Shown here: positions 46,801 through 53,841 of the stretch, in pieces
Layout: each line of letters starts with the position of its first letter
How positions within the stretch are numbered: the stretch's first letter is position 1
Origin: Candidatus Gastranaerophilales bacterium
Lineage (GTDB): Bacteria; Cyanobacteriota; Vampirovibrionia; Gastranaerophilales; Gastranaerophilaceae
Assembly: GCA_944324055.1 (NCBI GenBank)
Contig: CALUUV010000001.1
Location: 1 to 63,032, forward strand
Direction: 5' to 3'
DNA: 63,032 nucleotides
The notes under the pieces: model-generated
What the model was told of the DNA's origin: nothing
Seen by the model: the letters and a program-made list of their open reading frames with translations, nothing else
The model's database searches: none
Program-made: the position numbers and the translations under genes

Positions 46801-47656
46801 CTTTTACTTCATTAATAGCATTTATTGAAGTATTTACAACATCGTTAAGGTGGCTAATAGAAGTTCTATCTGCGGTGTTATCGATAGCTTCTTTTATTTC
46901 ATCGTTTTTAGTGATTAGGTTTAAAATTAGTTCTTTTGATTCATTAAAATCACCAATAGTTACTAATCTATTAATGCTATCATTAAATTCTTCATTCTTT
47001 TTATCAATCATTGAGATTGCAGAAAGAATTGTGTTAGAAGTTGCATGAATATCTTCAATAGACTTTCCATACTTATCAGCAAGATTGCTAGCCGCTAGTC
47101 TATCGAAACTAGATGCTAAATCTTTGAAGTTATTATTTATGTTTAAAATTATGCTTTCAAAACCGTTGTTAACTCTTGTTATATCAAATTTTAAAGCAGA
47201 AATATTTTTAATAATTTCATTTTTTTGAGTATCGTCAGCTCTTAACGATTCTAATCTTAAAGTAATTTCAGTTAATGCATCTTTTTGGGCAACTACTTCT
47301 TTTGAAAAAACGCTTAAATTTGTTGCAATAACATCAAATAATTTTTTAATTTCAGTTGATTTTATACTATCTTCATTGTTTTTAAGCAAAGTATTGATAG
47401 ATGTTTCAACTTCTGCAAACTTAGAAACAACAAATCCATGTCTAGTTTCAATATTTCTTTTAAGTTCATCAATTAACAATTTAATTAAATCAGCATTTTC
47501 ATCTAAATTAAGATTGTCTAATTTGTTGTTAATTGTTGTTAGTACTTTATCTATTCCTGAAAAATTTAAAACTCCTTGAGCTCTCATAGAGTTAATTAAG
47601 TTAGTTATTTTTTCAAAATTAGTTTTGATATCTTCAAGATTATTGATTTCTGCCAT
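40883..47656 (-). CDS. giant (2,257 aa) coiled-coil-rich protein of unknown function
   Basis: Single uninterrupted 6.77-kb ORF. It is N/I/E/K/S/L/D-rich amphipathic helical text throughout. By eye there is no signal peptide, TM span or catalytic motif. 19-aa tandem repeats lie near the C-terminus. Confidence 0.85.
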   Translation of the reverse strand: MAEINNLEDIKTNFEKITNLINSMRAQGVLNFSGIDKVLTTINNKLDNLNLDENADLIKLLIDELKRNIETRHGFVVSKFAEVETSINTLLKNNEDSIKSTEIKKLFDVIATNLSVFSKEVVAQKDALTEITLRLESLRADDTQKNEIIKNISALKFDITRVNNGFESIILNINNNFKDLASSFDRLAASNLADKYGKSIEDIHATSNTILSAISMIDKKNEEFNDSINRLVTIGDFNESKELILNLITKNDEIKEAIDNTADRTSISHLNDVVNTSINAINEVKAVIINNSDEKSKQILAQLEYLESVVRTSTENFDFKLFKSELLNVVNDIGNETNIICNDLLETNQDLKRILTAVNLADFNSHLAKINDSVNYANNNLQGIIEQATERVSSENRTSINSIMESFNEQLNQVNSKLDTFKHEFSTFDKDNYNNIINNITHFTELSHGLSSKIDNNTSNTISTFTDAITNVKQELININSTIREKNSQETVNGLIEQLNSLFSIASDLKTELILLSENNTQKITNKINEISDSISSLNSNLNSLPKSITNDFTTKINVFDNQLKSTLADLSSENNNNSEKILLNISQIYKQVIALSEDFKNIYTEDSDDVHTCINKLYDKINDLNNEIPTLLFQTSGRISEFTTLMQDKIEKTEAKLSLIEEKIDYSDLQTNTFNKIDTINSDIKFIINNLSLLLSENNSSIMQQIGELNNDIKDLSNALNQNIGESKSEISDKLNIISDTINTIKNEVFNKETTEENNQFVRNQLVKLSDDIKNVISEVNGHINDNNDVWIEKLDNLANGAFEVKSAVLTGINNVNEDLSNKITFTTNEIKDSINGISNNVQNHTNELTEKLDNVSKDIKTVTDKLANYFINNDSDIVSKFNEVSDRITQSNNDNVDKINFLQAKSDKIGNQIEDLNDNLSNKTDLINSNISTNSDLLSEKIDTISSDIKTITGDIVNNLIKENDQSLENTNNINKNINYSRGEIINTLNNNNKQINDELTTIKTDLNNFSSKLNESQNQDSLKYHISSNIQNSEASITQKIEELTEQVKLSSEDLMGQVQAQNLNENFESLKYEIKAVDEKTEQTANSIINSNNIGFENIHKNINSTRESILQNNQEQKAEIEELVKSIINSLDNNNRNIISNNANVVDEIKNSLENLLRELESIGTSIQNNANNNIQEILNNIKYISNLTSNITDEYKAILEESINNVEEKIALLPQRIDFSEETIIQKLNDSNENQQKYITEIQNNFSDIKQAIIEKTNCVHDNINSKFEIFKTEFEEYKADISNTDTQNNERYNNIINLIDNIINLISKSDENTTRQIEEDLSGVKSALQSITTIINNDKINICETISSKFDSIQNILSTLEDKQSDLKNESIEKLFSSIENIISLTENSEFNINNQIESFKNDSDNKLSELISIINSFKNNTEKNDDINNNKVINIENILNNLVKDLSKNVNNDDFAAFKTEVLNMQNNINDFIENNSSNKSNVIINDITKHFDNIYEVLNEKLGENNRSIINELNQLSSQINTSDDKLNQIITTTEDLKEQLSNQDNFNNISSQLENISKEIKKLDSNIDEDTTHQLSIIKDEFISISTAIFTNTDKLSNSAKANVNELKEKFEYVESLINSIQNEINQTHSSTIEIIKNEFEKIDLLEQKIDRIDFTSTNAENADKLILSNIESIEQKIENISTNVHELGENTFAEELNIIKNTIFEQKDKIKTLSTIDDIHNLPNIDDINQILKDNILDLLSKFSEKIDEASNSEIIKEQLSNLKSEILTQTMKILDQISFEVEQEEIIDYVQEKSNALKSEIENIKADLINELNSNKEELLNNLSNNNDIKVEFDSLNKKLDDLSDNYELNKGFEDIQAKLDFVVDNSVEKGFEEIHTRLDSITDNSIEKGFDKLSDKIDSITGNSIQKGFDELSNKIDSINDNSIEKGFEEVKSKIDSVTDNTIKKEFDEVKTQLESVANNDNLQKEFEEVKKHLLTIQSGDSKVDYTYSLQDIESDIAKLRIAMKELQEVSPNEELEDITKKVDDIVLVVGNIKNQITQADMTEVSSSISKMNEDIVSISTRTNKLLLTSENSSNLLKENLENFKLVIDDLDVRTKNLIENNDLSGIETSIENIERTLEGNKTYNNIVNQSLLSIAEWVDCAGATLTTITQKLNKLEDIEDVKAMIRSIEMPTQFDYSIFDNIEEKFNTQQNKIDILEEKINRLTELVEANDNSQINKKINSVDKQLAKLNKNIERLTSYVDEE
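41729..42070 (-). repeat. six in-frame tandem 57-bp (19-aa) repeats inside the giant gene
   Basis: Units are KGFEDIQAKLDFVVDNSVE / KGFEEIHTRLDSITDNSIE / KGFDKLSDKIDSITGNSIQ / KGFDELSNKIDSINDNSIE / KGFEEVKSKIDSVTDNTIK / KEFDEVKTQLESVANNDNLQ. The K codons of units 1 and 6 are exactly 285 nt apart. A degenerate seventh unit follows. Confidence 0.9.
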
Positions 47657-47692
47657 TTCTAAGTCCTATTTTGTATACAATTTCCCATTAGA

Positions 47693-47701
47693 AATTTTAG
47701 C
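47693..47701 (-). promoter_or_regulatory. extended -10 element (TGcTAAAAT) upstream of the giant gene
   Basis: The minus strand reads TTTATGCTAAAATTTC. The -10 ends about 37 nt upstream of the giant-gene ATG (47656), within the 106-nt gap after wecB. Confidence 0.4.
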
Positions 47702-47762
47702 ATAAACATACTCTTGATAGAAAATATATCAGCATTTTAGGGGTTTGGATTTGTAATATTTC

Positions 47763-48881
47763 TTAATTAATTAGCTTATTTCTAATTATTGCCTCAATCT
47801 GTTTAGATGTTGTTCCGTCCCCATATGGGTTTTGTGCTTGTAAACGAGTTTGAGCTTTATCTTTTGATAAAATGTTTTCACTATACTCTAAAATTTTATC
47901 GTAGTCTGCTCCAACTAAAACAGATACTCCAGCTTCAATACCTTCCTTACGTTCTGTTTCATATCGCATTACAAGAGTTGGGCAATTAAATGATGGTGCT
48001 TCCTCTTGGATTCCACCAGAATCTGTTAATATAAGTTTTGCATGTTTCATTAAATACACTAAGTATGGGTAATCTAGCGGAGTTAATAATTTAATATTAT
48101 TTAGATGACCTAATCTTTCATGTATTTTATTTTTAACATTTGGGTTAGGATGAACCGGAATTACAAAAGTATGATCTACATATTTAGTTGCTAAATATGA
48201 TATTGCTTCAATAATTCTATCAATTCTTTCTCCGTGATTTTCTCTTCTATGTGCTGTTATTAAGACAAGTTTGTCATCAATATTAATGCCTTTATCTTCA
48301 AAGAAGTTTTTAGATTGTTCAATAACTTCATCTGAAAGACAGAACAAAGCATCAATAACTGTATTACCAACAACATGTATTTTATTTGGATCAATATTTT
48401 CTTTTAAAAGTGCAGTTTCATTTACTTTTGTAGGAGCAAAATGAATATCTGCAACTCTACTTGTCATTTGGCGCATAACTTCTTCAGGGAATGGTTCATA
48501 TATGTCGTAAGAACGTAAACCTGCTTCAACGTGATAAACTGGAACTTTATGGTAAAAACTTGTTAATGCTCCACAAAGAACAGTCATTGTATCTCCCTGA
48601 ACGATTGTTGCATCAATATTATGTTCGTTAAAAACTTTATCTAACGATGTTAAAATTTTTGTTTGAACACCTGCAAGAGATTGGTTTTCTCTCATACAAT
48701 CTAAATTAATATCTGCTTTTAAACCAAAATATGCAAGAGTTTGGTTTGATAATTCTTTTTGTTGTTCTGTATTACACACCAAAACATTATAATCGTTTGG
48801 ATATTTTTTTAATTCCAAAATTACAGGTGCTAATTTTATGATTTCTGGTCTTGTTCCAAATATAAAAATAATTGTTTTCAT
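47763..48881 (-). CDS. wecB: UDP-N-acetylglucosamine 2-epimerase (non-hydrolysing)
   Basis: Family text IFGTRPEIIKLAPV, HVEAGLRSY, ITAHRRENHG and LTDSGGIQEEAPSF. 372 aa. Confidence 0.93.
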   Translation of the reverse strand: MKTIIFIFGTRPEIIKLAPVILELKKYPNDYNVLVCNTEQQKELSNQTLAYFGLKADINLDCMRENQSLAGVQTKILTSLDKVFNEHNIDATIVQGDTMTVLCGALTSFYHKVPVYHVEAGLRSYDIYEPFPEEVMRQMTSRVADIHFAPTKVNETALLKENIDPNKIHVVGNTVIDALFCLSDEVIEQSKNFFEDKGINIDDKLVLITAHRRENHGERIDRIIEAISYLATKYVDHTFVIPVHPNPNVKNKIHERLGHLNNIKLLTPLDYPYLVYLMKHAKLILTDSGGIQEEAPSFNCPTLVMRYETERKEGIEAGVSVLVGADYDKILEYSENILSKDKAQTRLQAQNPYGDGTTSKQIEAIIRNKLIN

Positions 48882-48950
48882 ATTTGGATTATAAAATAAA
48901 CATATCTTTCATACAACATTGAAATAATTATTGTTATTATTTGGGATAAT

Positions 48951-49310
48951 ATGCTATTATTAAAACAAATAAGAGGTGTTATGGTTTTAGAAGATATATT
49001 TGTAATATTTGGTTGCTTATTTGCATTATCAATAATTGTTGGTCAGTTATGGATTTTTAGGTTGAAAAATCAGATAGTTGTTTCAAATTATACAACTTCA
49101 GTTTCTGCTTTTTTGATTTTATATTCATTGTTTGCATTTTTATTAGCATTTAGAGTTCCAAATATTTCTTTAAAAATTTTGATGTTATTCTTTGCTACAT
49201 CGCCTTTGATTTATTATAAAATTAGAAATTATAAATATGAAAGAGTGTATTTTCTATTCCAATTCTTCTTTATAATTTTAAGTGTATTATTTGTATTTTG
49301 GTATTTTTAA
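48951..49310 (+). CDS. hypothetical membrane protein (4 hydrophobic spans)
   Basis: 119-aa ORF made almost entirely of hydrophobic helices (IFVIFGCLFALSIIVGQLWIF, VSAFLILYSLFAFLLAF, and others). An alternative start lies at Met11. Confidence 0.45.
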   Translation: MLLLKQIRGVMVLEDIFVIFGCLFALSIIVGQLWIFRLKNQIVVSNYTTSVSAFLILYSLFAFLLAFRVPNISLKILMLFFATSPLIYYKIRNYKYERVYFLFQFFFIILSVLFVFWYF

Positions 49311-49312
49311 TT

Positions 49313-50014
49313 ATGAAAACAACAGTATTTTTAGATTTTGACGGCGTGTTATTTGATACATTAAAAGAAGCTTATGTATTATGCCGAAATGTAGTTTGGG
49401 GAACCGATGTATTTGCTCCAATCGAAGAAGATATTTACGCTAAATATTATAGATATAAATTTTTAGTATTTAATTCTTGGCAATATTTTTATTTGATGAA
49501 AGTTATTGAAGAATCTAAAAATTATTCTGATGAGCAATTTGTAGATAGATTTAATTATTATATTAATCATAGAATTCCAGATGAAGAAGCTATTTTTGAG
49601 AAAGTTTATATGGAAAAAAGAAAGTGGCTTATTGAAAATTATCCTGAATATGTTGATAAACTTGAATCCAAGTTTCCTTTCTTGGATATGATTAATACTC
49701 TGGATAGAAATAAATTCGATATCTTAATTGTTTCAAGAAAGAATTCTTTTGCTATAAAACGCAAAGGGATTGATTTTAAGATTGTTGGAAAAGAAGAACT
49801 TTTAAATGTAGTAAACAAATCTGAATTTTTAGAGAAGTACATAAAAGAACATAATGTAAAAAAAGCATTCTTTGTTGATGATAATTCTCATAATCTTACC
49901 CCTTGTTCTAATATTGAAAATCTTACTTGTATTCTTGCTGGATGGGGAAATATTGGAGTACATGAACAAGGATTATCTCAAGAAGAAGCTTTTAACTTAA
50001 TCTTGACAAATTAA
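49313..50014 (+). CDS. HAD-superfamily hydrolase-like protein
   Basis: HAD motif I at the N-terminus (VFLDFDGVLFDT) and a late acidic motif (AFFVDDNSHN). ATG at 49313 lies just after the stop of the preceding ORF. Confidence 0.65.
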   Translation: MKTTVFLDFDGVLFDTLKEAYVLCRNVVWGTDVFAPIEEDIYAKYYRYKFLVFNSWQYFYLMKVIEESKNYSDEQFVDRFNYYINHRIPDEEAIFEKVYMEKRKWLIENYPEYVDKLESKFPFLDMINTLDRNKFDILIVSRKNSFAIKRKGIDFKIVGKEELLNVVNKSEFLEKYIKEHNVKKAFFVDDNSHNLTPCSNIENLTCILAGWGNIGVHEQGLSQEEAFNLILTN

Positions 50015-50080
50015 ATAAAAAGTTGCAGAATAATATCCGTGTAGTTAATTTTTATATTATTTGATTATTGTGAGGTGTGT

Positions 50081-51157
50081 ATGTTCGTAAATTCTGTTAA
50101 TTTAGTAACACGTTCTAATGCTGTGCATTTTTCGTCTAAAAATAAAAAAAATGATAATGCAAATGCGAACCTACAAAATAAACCATCAAAGAATAATCAT
50201 TCTATGATGGTTGGTGCAACTGCGGTAAGTGTAATTGCAGTTGCGGGGCTTGCGATTGCAGGGCGTAAGGGGATGTTAGGTTCAAAAGTTCAAAAATTTT
50301 TAGGTGGTGCTTCTAAAAAAGTTGCTTCAAATCCTAAAAAGGAAACTATAAAACCTGAACATAAACCAGCTATGGGAACAAAACCAGTTGTGGAACAAAA
50401 GCCAGTTACCGAACAAAAACCGATTACTGAACAAAAAACAGTTACTGAACAAAAACCAGCTGCTGAACAAAAACCAGTTACCGAACAAAAAACGATTACT
50501 GAACAAAAACCGATTACTGAACAAAAACCGGTTACCGAACAAAAACCAGCTGCGGAACAAAAACCAGCTGCGGAACAAAAACCAGCTGCTGAACAAAAAC
50601 CAGCTGCTGAACAAAAAACAGTTACAGAACAAAAAACAGTTGCGGAACAAAAAACAGTTGCGGAACAAAAAAATATTTCCAAAGAGACAGAGGTAATTAA
50701 ACCATATAATTTAGAACATAAGGAAGCTAAATTTAGTCTTACTCGTAGTTCTGTTAATCCTAAAACTAAAAATATCGTTGATGAAGGGATAATGGTAGAA
50801 GATGGTGTAAAAACTTATACTGCTAATATAAAAAATAAAGATGGTGTAATGTTAAAAAGGGATGATTATAATTATCCTGAAGGTAAACATATTAGAACTT
50901 TCACATATGATGAATCTGGAACTTATGTAAAATCTGTTAAAGAATTCTCTCCAGAAACAGGAAAACCAACAAAAGAAACATTGTTTAGAAAAGACAAAAC
51001 AGTTGATTCAGTAGCAACTTTTGATGCTGAAACTGGTAATGTCTCTAAAATTCAATCTTATGCAGAAGATGGAAAAACTATGAAAATGAATGCTATAGTT
51101 GATCCAAAAACTACTCAAGCTAGAATTGGTAAACTCCCAGAATCTAATAAATCATAA
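50081..51157 (+). CDS. hypothetical single-pass membrane protein with a 16-unit K-[PT]-x-x-E-Q linker and a beta-rich C-terminal domain
   Basis: ATG at 50081 follows SD TGAGGTG. TM span MMVGATAVSVIAVAGLAIAG. A hexapeptide repeat array is followed by ~150 aa with recurring G-K/T-Y/V hairpin-like segments (DGVKTYTANIKNKDGVMLKRDDYNYPEGKHIRTFTYDESGTYVKSVKEF). Confidence 0.65.
   Translation: MFVNSVNLVTRSNAVHFSSKNKKNDNANANLQNKPSKNNHSMMVGATAVSVIAVAGLAIAGRKGMLGSKVQKFLGGASKKVASNPKKETIKPEHKPAMGTKPVVEQKPVTEQKPITEQKTVTEQKPAAEQKPVTEQKTITEQKPITEQKPVTEQKPAAEQKPAAEQKPAAEQKPAAEQKTVTEQKTVAEQKTVAEQKNISKETEVIKPYNLEHKEAKFSLTRSSVNPKTKNIVDEGIMVEDGVKTYTANIKNKDGVMLKRDDYNYPEGKHIRTFTYDESGTYVKSVKEFSPETGKPTKETLFRKDKTVDSVATFDAETGNVSKIQSYAEDGKTMKMNAIVDPKTTQARIGKLPESNKS
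50381..50668 (+). repeat. 16 perfect-phase tandem 18-bp repeats (AAA-MCR-RYT-RYN-GAA-CAA)
   Basis: I counted the units directly. They encode KPVVEQ, KPVTEQ, KPITEQ, KTVTEQ, KPAAEQ and similar. Four consecutive units encode KPAAEQ (two adjacent DNA-identical pairs, differing at one synonymous base), and the last two KTVAEQ units are DNA-identical. Confidence 0.95.
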
Positions 51158-51253
51158 AATAATAAAAATTAATAAAAACACCTCTTGACAAAAACAAAAA
51201 AAGTACGAAAATGAAAGTGTGGTTTTTCTGTTTTGTTAATTAGAGGTGTTTTT

Positions 51254-51481
51254 ATGTTAGTGAGTGCTGTAAGTAATTTTGTTAATACTCCCTATCATGG
51301 AGTAAGAAAAGTTCCTTCTAAACCTGTAGTTACTAATGTATCTGATGATTTTGCCAGAAGAAAAATAAAACTTGCTACATCTTTAGCGATGAGTGGAATG
51401 TTCCTTGCTTGTATTTTGATGTCTGCTAGAAAAAATATTTTAGGAATGGCGCATCAAAGACACTTGTATTTATTAACATAA
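51254..51481 (+). CDS. hypothetical small single-pass membrane protein
   Basis: 75 aa from the ATG at 51254, with SD AGAGGTG. Its N-terminus MLVSAVSNFVN resembles the MFVNSVNLV of the upstream gene. TM span LATSLAMSGMFLACILMSA. Confidence 0.45.
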   Translation: MLVSAVSNFVNTPYHGVRKVPSKPVVTNVSDDFARRKIKLATSLAMSGMFLACILMSARKNILGMAHQRHLYLLT

Positions 51482-51514
51482 AAAAAGACTACCTTATAAA
51501 AGGTAGCCTTTTCT
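51481..51514. terminator. probable bidirectional terminator
   Basis: 7-bp stem CTACCTT / AAGGTAG with a 4-nt loop, an A run upstream and a T-rich tract downstream. It lies between convergent genes ending at 51481 and 51531. The stem is weak. Confidence 0.5.
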
Positions 51515-51530
51515 ATATGTTGAAATATTC

Positions 51531-52529
51531 TTATTTCATTGCATTTTCAACAGCTACTGCAACAGCAACAGTTGCACCAACCATAGGGTTGTTACCCATA
51601 CCGATAACACCCATCATTTCAACGTGAGCAGGTACTGAAGAAGATCCAGCAAATTGAGCATCTCCGTGCATTCTACCCATAGTATCTGTCATACCATAAG
51701 AAGCAGGACCAGCTGCAACGTTATCAGGGTGAAGAGTTCTACCAGTACCACCACCAGATGCTACTGAGAAGTATTTTCTACCATTTTCAAAACACCATTT
51801 TTTGTAAGTACCAGCTACTGGGTGTTGGAATCTTGTAGGGTTAGTTGAGTTACCTGTAATAGAAACGTCAACGCCTTCTTTAATCATAATAGCAACGCCT
51901 TCAGATACATCATCAGCACCGTAGCATTTTACTTTAGCTCTTTCACCATCTGAGAATGGAGTTTCTTTAACAACTTTTAATTCGCCAGTTTTGTAATCAT
52001 ATTCAGTTTCAACAGCTGTAAAACCATTGATTCTTGCAATGATATAAGCAGCATCTTTACCAAGACCGTTTAAGATAACTCTTAAAGGTTCTTTTCTAAC
52101 TTTGTTAGCATTTCTAGCGATACCAATAGCACCTTCAGCAGCTGCAAATGATTCGTGACCAGCTAAGAAACAGAAACATTTTGTTTCTTCTCTTAATAAC
52201 ATAGCACCTAAGTTACCGTGGCCAATACCAACTTTTCTAGTATCACCTACAGAACCTGGAACTGCAAATGCTTGTAAACCAATACCGATAGCTTCTGCTG
52301 CATCTGCTGCATTTGTAATACCTTTTTTAAGTGCAATAGCACAACCTAATGTATAAGCCCATGAAGCATTATCAAATGCAATTGGTTGAATCCCTTTAAC
52401 GATTTCATCAACATTAATACCTTTTGATAAGCAAAGTTCGTTAGCTTCATCTAAAGATTTGAAACCATATTCTGATAAAACTTTAGCAATTGTTGCTTCA
52501 CGTCTATCTTGTCCTTCAAATTTTGCCAT
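51531..52529 (-). CDS. GGGtGRT family protein (function unknown)
   Basis: 332 aa containing the literal family motif (YFSVASGGGTGRTLHPDNVAAGPASYGMTDTMGRMHGD). Gly/Ala-rich, with visibly more G/C-ending codons than neighbouring genes. Confidence 0.88.
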   Translation of the reverse strand: MAKFEGQDRREATIAKVLSEYGFKSLDEANELCLSKGINVDEIVKGIQPIAFDNASWAYTLGCAIALKKGITNAADAAEAIGIGLQAFAVPGSVGDTRKVGIGHGNLGAMLLREETKCFCFLAGHESFAAAEGAIGIARNANKVRKEPLRVILNGLGKDAAYIIARINGFTAVETEYDYKTGELKVVKETPFSDGERAKVKCYGADDVSEGVAIMIKEGVDVSITGNSTNPTRFQHPVAGTYKKWCFENGRKYFSVASGGGTGRTLHPDNVAAGPASYGMTDTMGRMHGDAQFAGSSSVPAHVEMMGVIGMGNNPMVGATVAVAVAVENAMK

Positions 52530-52586
52530 TTTATTTTCCTTTATATTTATTATTCTAATAACCTATTTATAAATTAAAATTTACCC

Positions 52587-53288
52587 TTATGCTTCACGAG
52601 GGTCGATAGTTTTCACAGCATCTGCAAATCTGCCGTATGTACCGATGTTCTTTTCGTAAGCTTCTTTAGCATCAACGCCTTTTTTAATAGCATCCATAAC
52701 TTTACCAAGATTTACGAATTTATAACCGATAACTTCGTTATTTTTATCTAAACCTAATTCTAAGATGTAGCCTTCAGCTAATTCTAAGTATCTAACACCT
52801 TTTTGTTTAGTTGAATGGATTGTACCAACTTGTGATCTTAAACCTTTACCTAAATCTTCAAGTCCAGCACCGATTGGTAAACCATTTTCTGAGAAAGCAG
52901 TTTGTGTACGTCCGTAAACGATTTGTAAGAATAATTCTCTCATTGCAACGTTGATAGCATCACAAACTAAGTCAGTATTTAATGCTTCAAGAATTGTTTT
53001 ACCTGGTAAAATTTCTCCAGCCATAGCTGCAGAGTGAGTCATACCAGAACATCCTAAAGTTTCTACTAATGCTTCTTGGATAACACCATCTTTAACGTTT
53101 AAAGTTAATTTACAAGTACCTTGTTGAGGTGCACAGCAACCACAACCGTGAGTTAAACCTGAAATTTGGTTAATTTCTTTACATTTTGTCCATTGACCTT
53201 CTTGAGGAATTGGAGCTGGAGTACCTTTAACTCCACGTGCTACACAGCATTTTTCTTCAATTTCCTTCGTAAGTTGAATATGATCCAT
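52587..53288 (-). CDS. NifU/IscU-like Fe-S scaffold domain protein with C-terminal extension
   Basis: Start is set at the ATG at 53288, which has a strong SD AAAGGAGGTC. This removes an implausible overlap with crcB. Scaffold-like Cys sites GLTHGCGCCAPQQGTCKLTLNVKDGVIQEA and LGCSGMTHSAAMAGEILPGKTILEAL. About 100 extra C-terminal residues follow. Confidence 0.78.
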   Translation of the reverse strand: MDHIQLTKEIEEKCCVARGVKGTPAPIPQEGQWTKCKEINQISGLTHGCGCCAPQQGTCKLTLNVKDGVIQEALVETLGCSGMTHSAAMAGEILPGKTILEALNTDLVCDAINVAMRELFLQIVYGRTQTAFSENGLPIGAGLEDLGKGLRSQVGTIHSTKQKGVRYLELAEGYILELGLDKNNEVIGYKFVNLGKVMDAIKKGVDAKEAYEKNIGTYGRFADAVKTIDPREA

Positions 53289-53421
53289 TTGACCTCCTTT
53301 ATTGTCGTTTATTACAATAGAACTATTCGTTAACTCTCTTGTGATATTTAAAATTGATACTGAATCAAAATCACATGATAATCTTATCGCAAACATGCTT
53401 TTTTTGTAATAATATTTTGTC

Positions 53422-53841
53422 ATGCTTAATTTAATTTTTGTATTTATAGGAGGAGCTTTTGGCTCATTAATAAGATATATGGTTTCTAATAGAGTTATTT
53501 TACCTTACGGAACTTTATTAGTTAATATATTTGGTTGCTTCATATTAGGAATTCTTTCTGTTTTTGTATTAAAACGTGCAAAATACATACCGCAAAAATT
53601 GAGATTGGGTTTAACTTCCGGTTTTTGTGGTGGGGTTACAACATTCAGTACTTTTTCATATGAGGTATTTGTTTATATTCAAAAAACTCTTTATATAGAG
53701 GCTTTATTATACGTTTGTGTAAGTCTCATTTTAGGAATTTTATTTGTTTACTTTGGAATAGAATTTTGTAGGTTATGTTTAAAACTTCATTTAGATAATA
53801 AACGAGCAAAATTAAGACAAGAATTTTTGGAGGGTGAATAA
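53422..53841 (+). CDS. crcB: fluoride channel CrcB/Fluc, copy 1 (with basic C-terminal tail)
   Basis: CrcB motifs GGAFGSLIRY, YGTLLVNIFGCF and GFCGGVTTFSTFS. 139 aa. Confidence 0.9.
   Translation: MLNLIFVFIGGAFGSLIRYMVSNRVILPYGTLLVNIFGCFILGILSVFVLKRAKYIPQKLRLGLTSGFCGGVTTFSTFSYEVFVYIQKTLYIEALLYVCVSLILGILFVYFGIEFCRLCLKLHLDNKRAKLRQEFLEGE

Noticed and set aside
41244-47579. About a dozen plus-strand ORFs of 66-136 aa (e.g. 46638..47048, 43452..43778) lying inside the giant minus-strand gene
   Set aside because: All are antisense shadows of one long low-complexity AT-rich ORF. Their products are Leu/Ser/Phe/Ile strings with no SD signals, and the 2,257-aa minus-strand frame explains the whole region.
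50381-50668. Whether the 18-bp tandem array could be a CRISPR array
   Set aside because: The units are contiguous with no spacers, too short, in-frame within a CDS, and no cas genes are present.
50290-50696. Three alternative-frame or antisense ORFs (50290..50682 -, 50327..50668 -, 50388..50696 +) over the 18-bp repeat array
   Set aside because: A repeat whose period is a multiple of three keeps every frame open, so these are artefacts. Only the 50081..51157 frame continues into non-repetitive protein-like sequence on both sides and has an SD.
53289-53421. Fluoride riboswitch upstream of crcB
   Set aside because: I found no match to the conserved crcB-motif core when reading the plus strand. 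A covariance-model search would be decisive.
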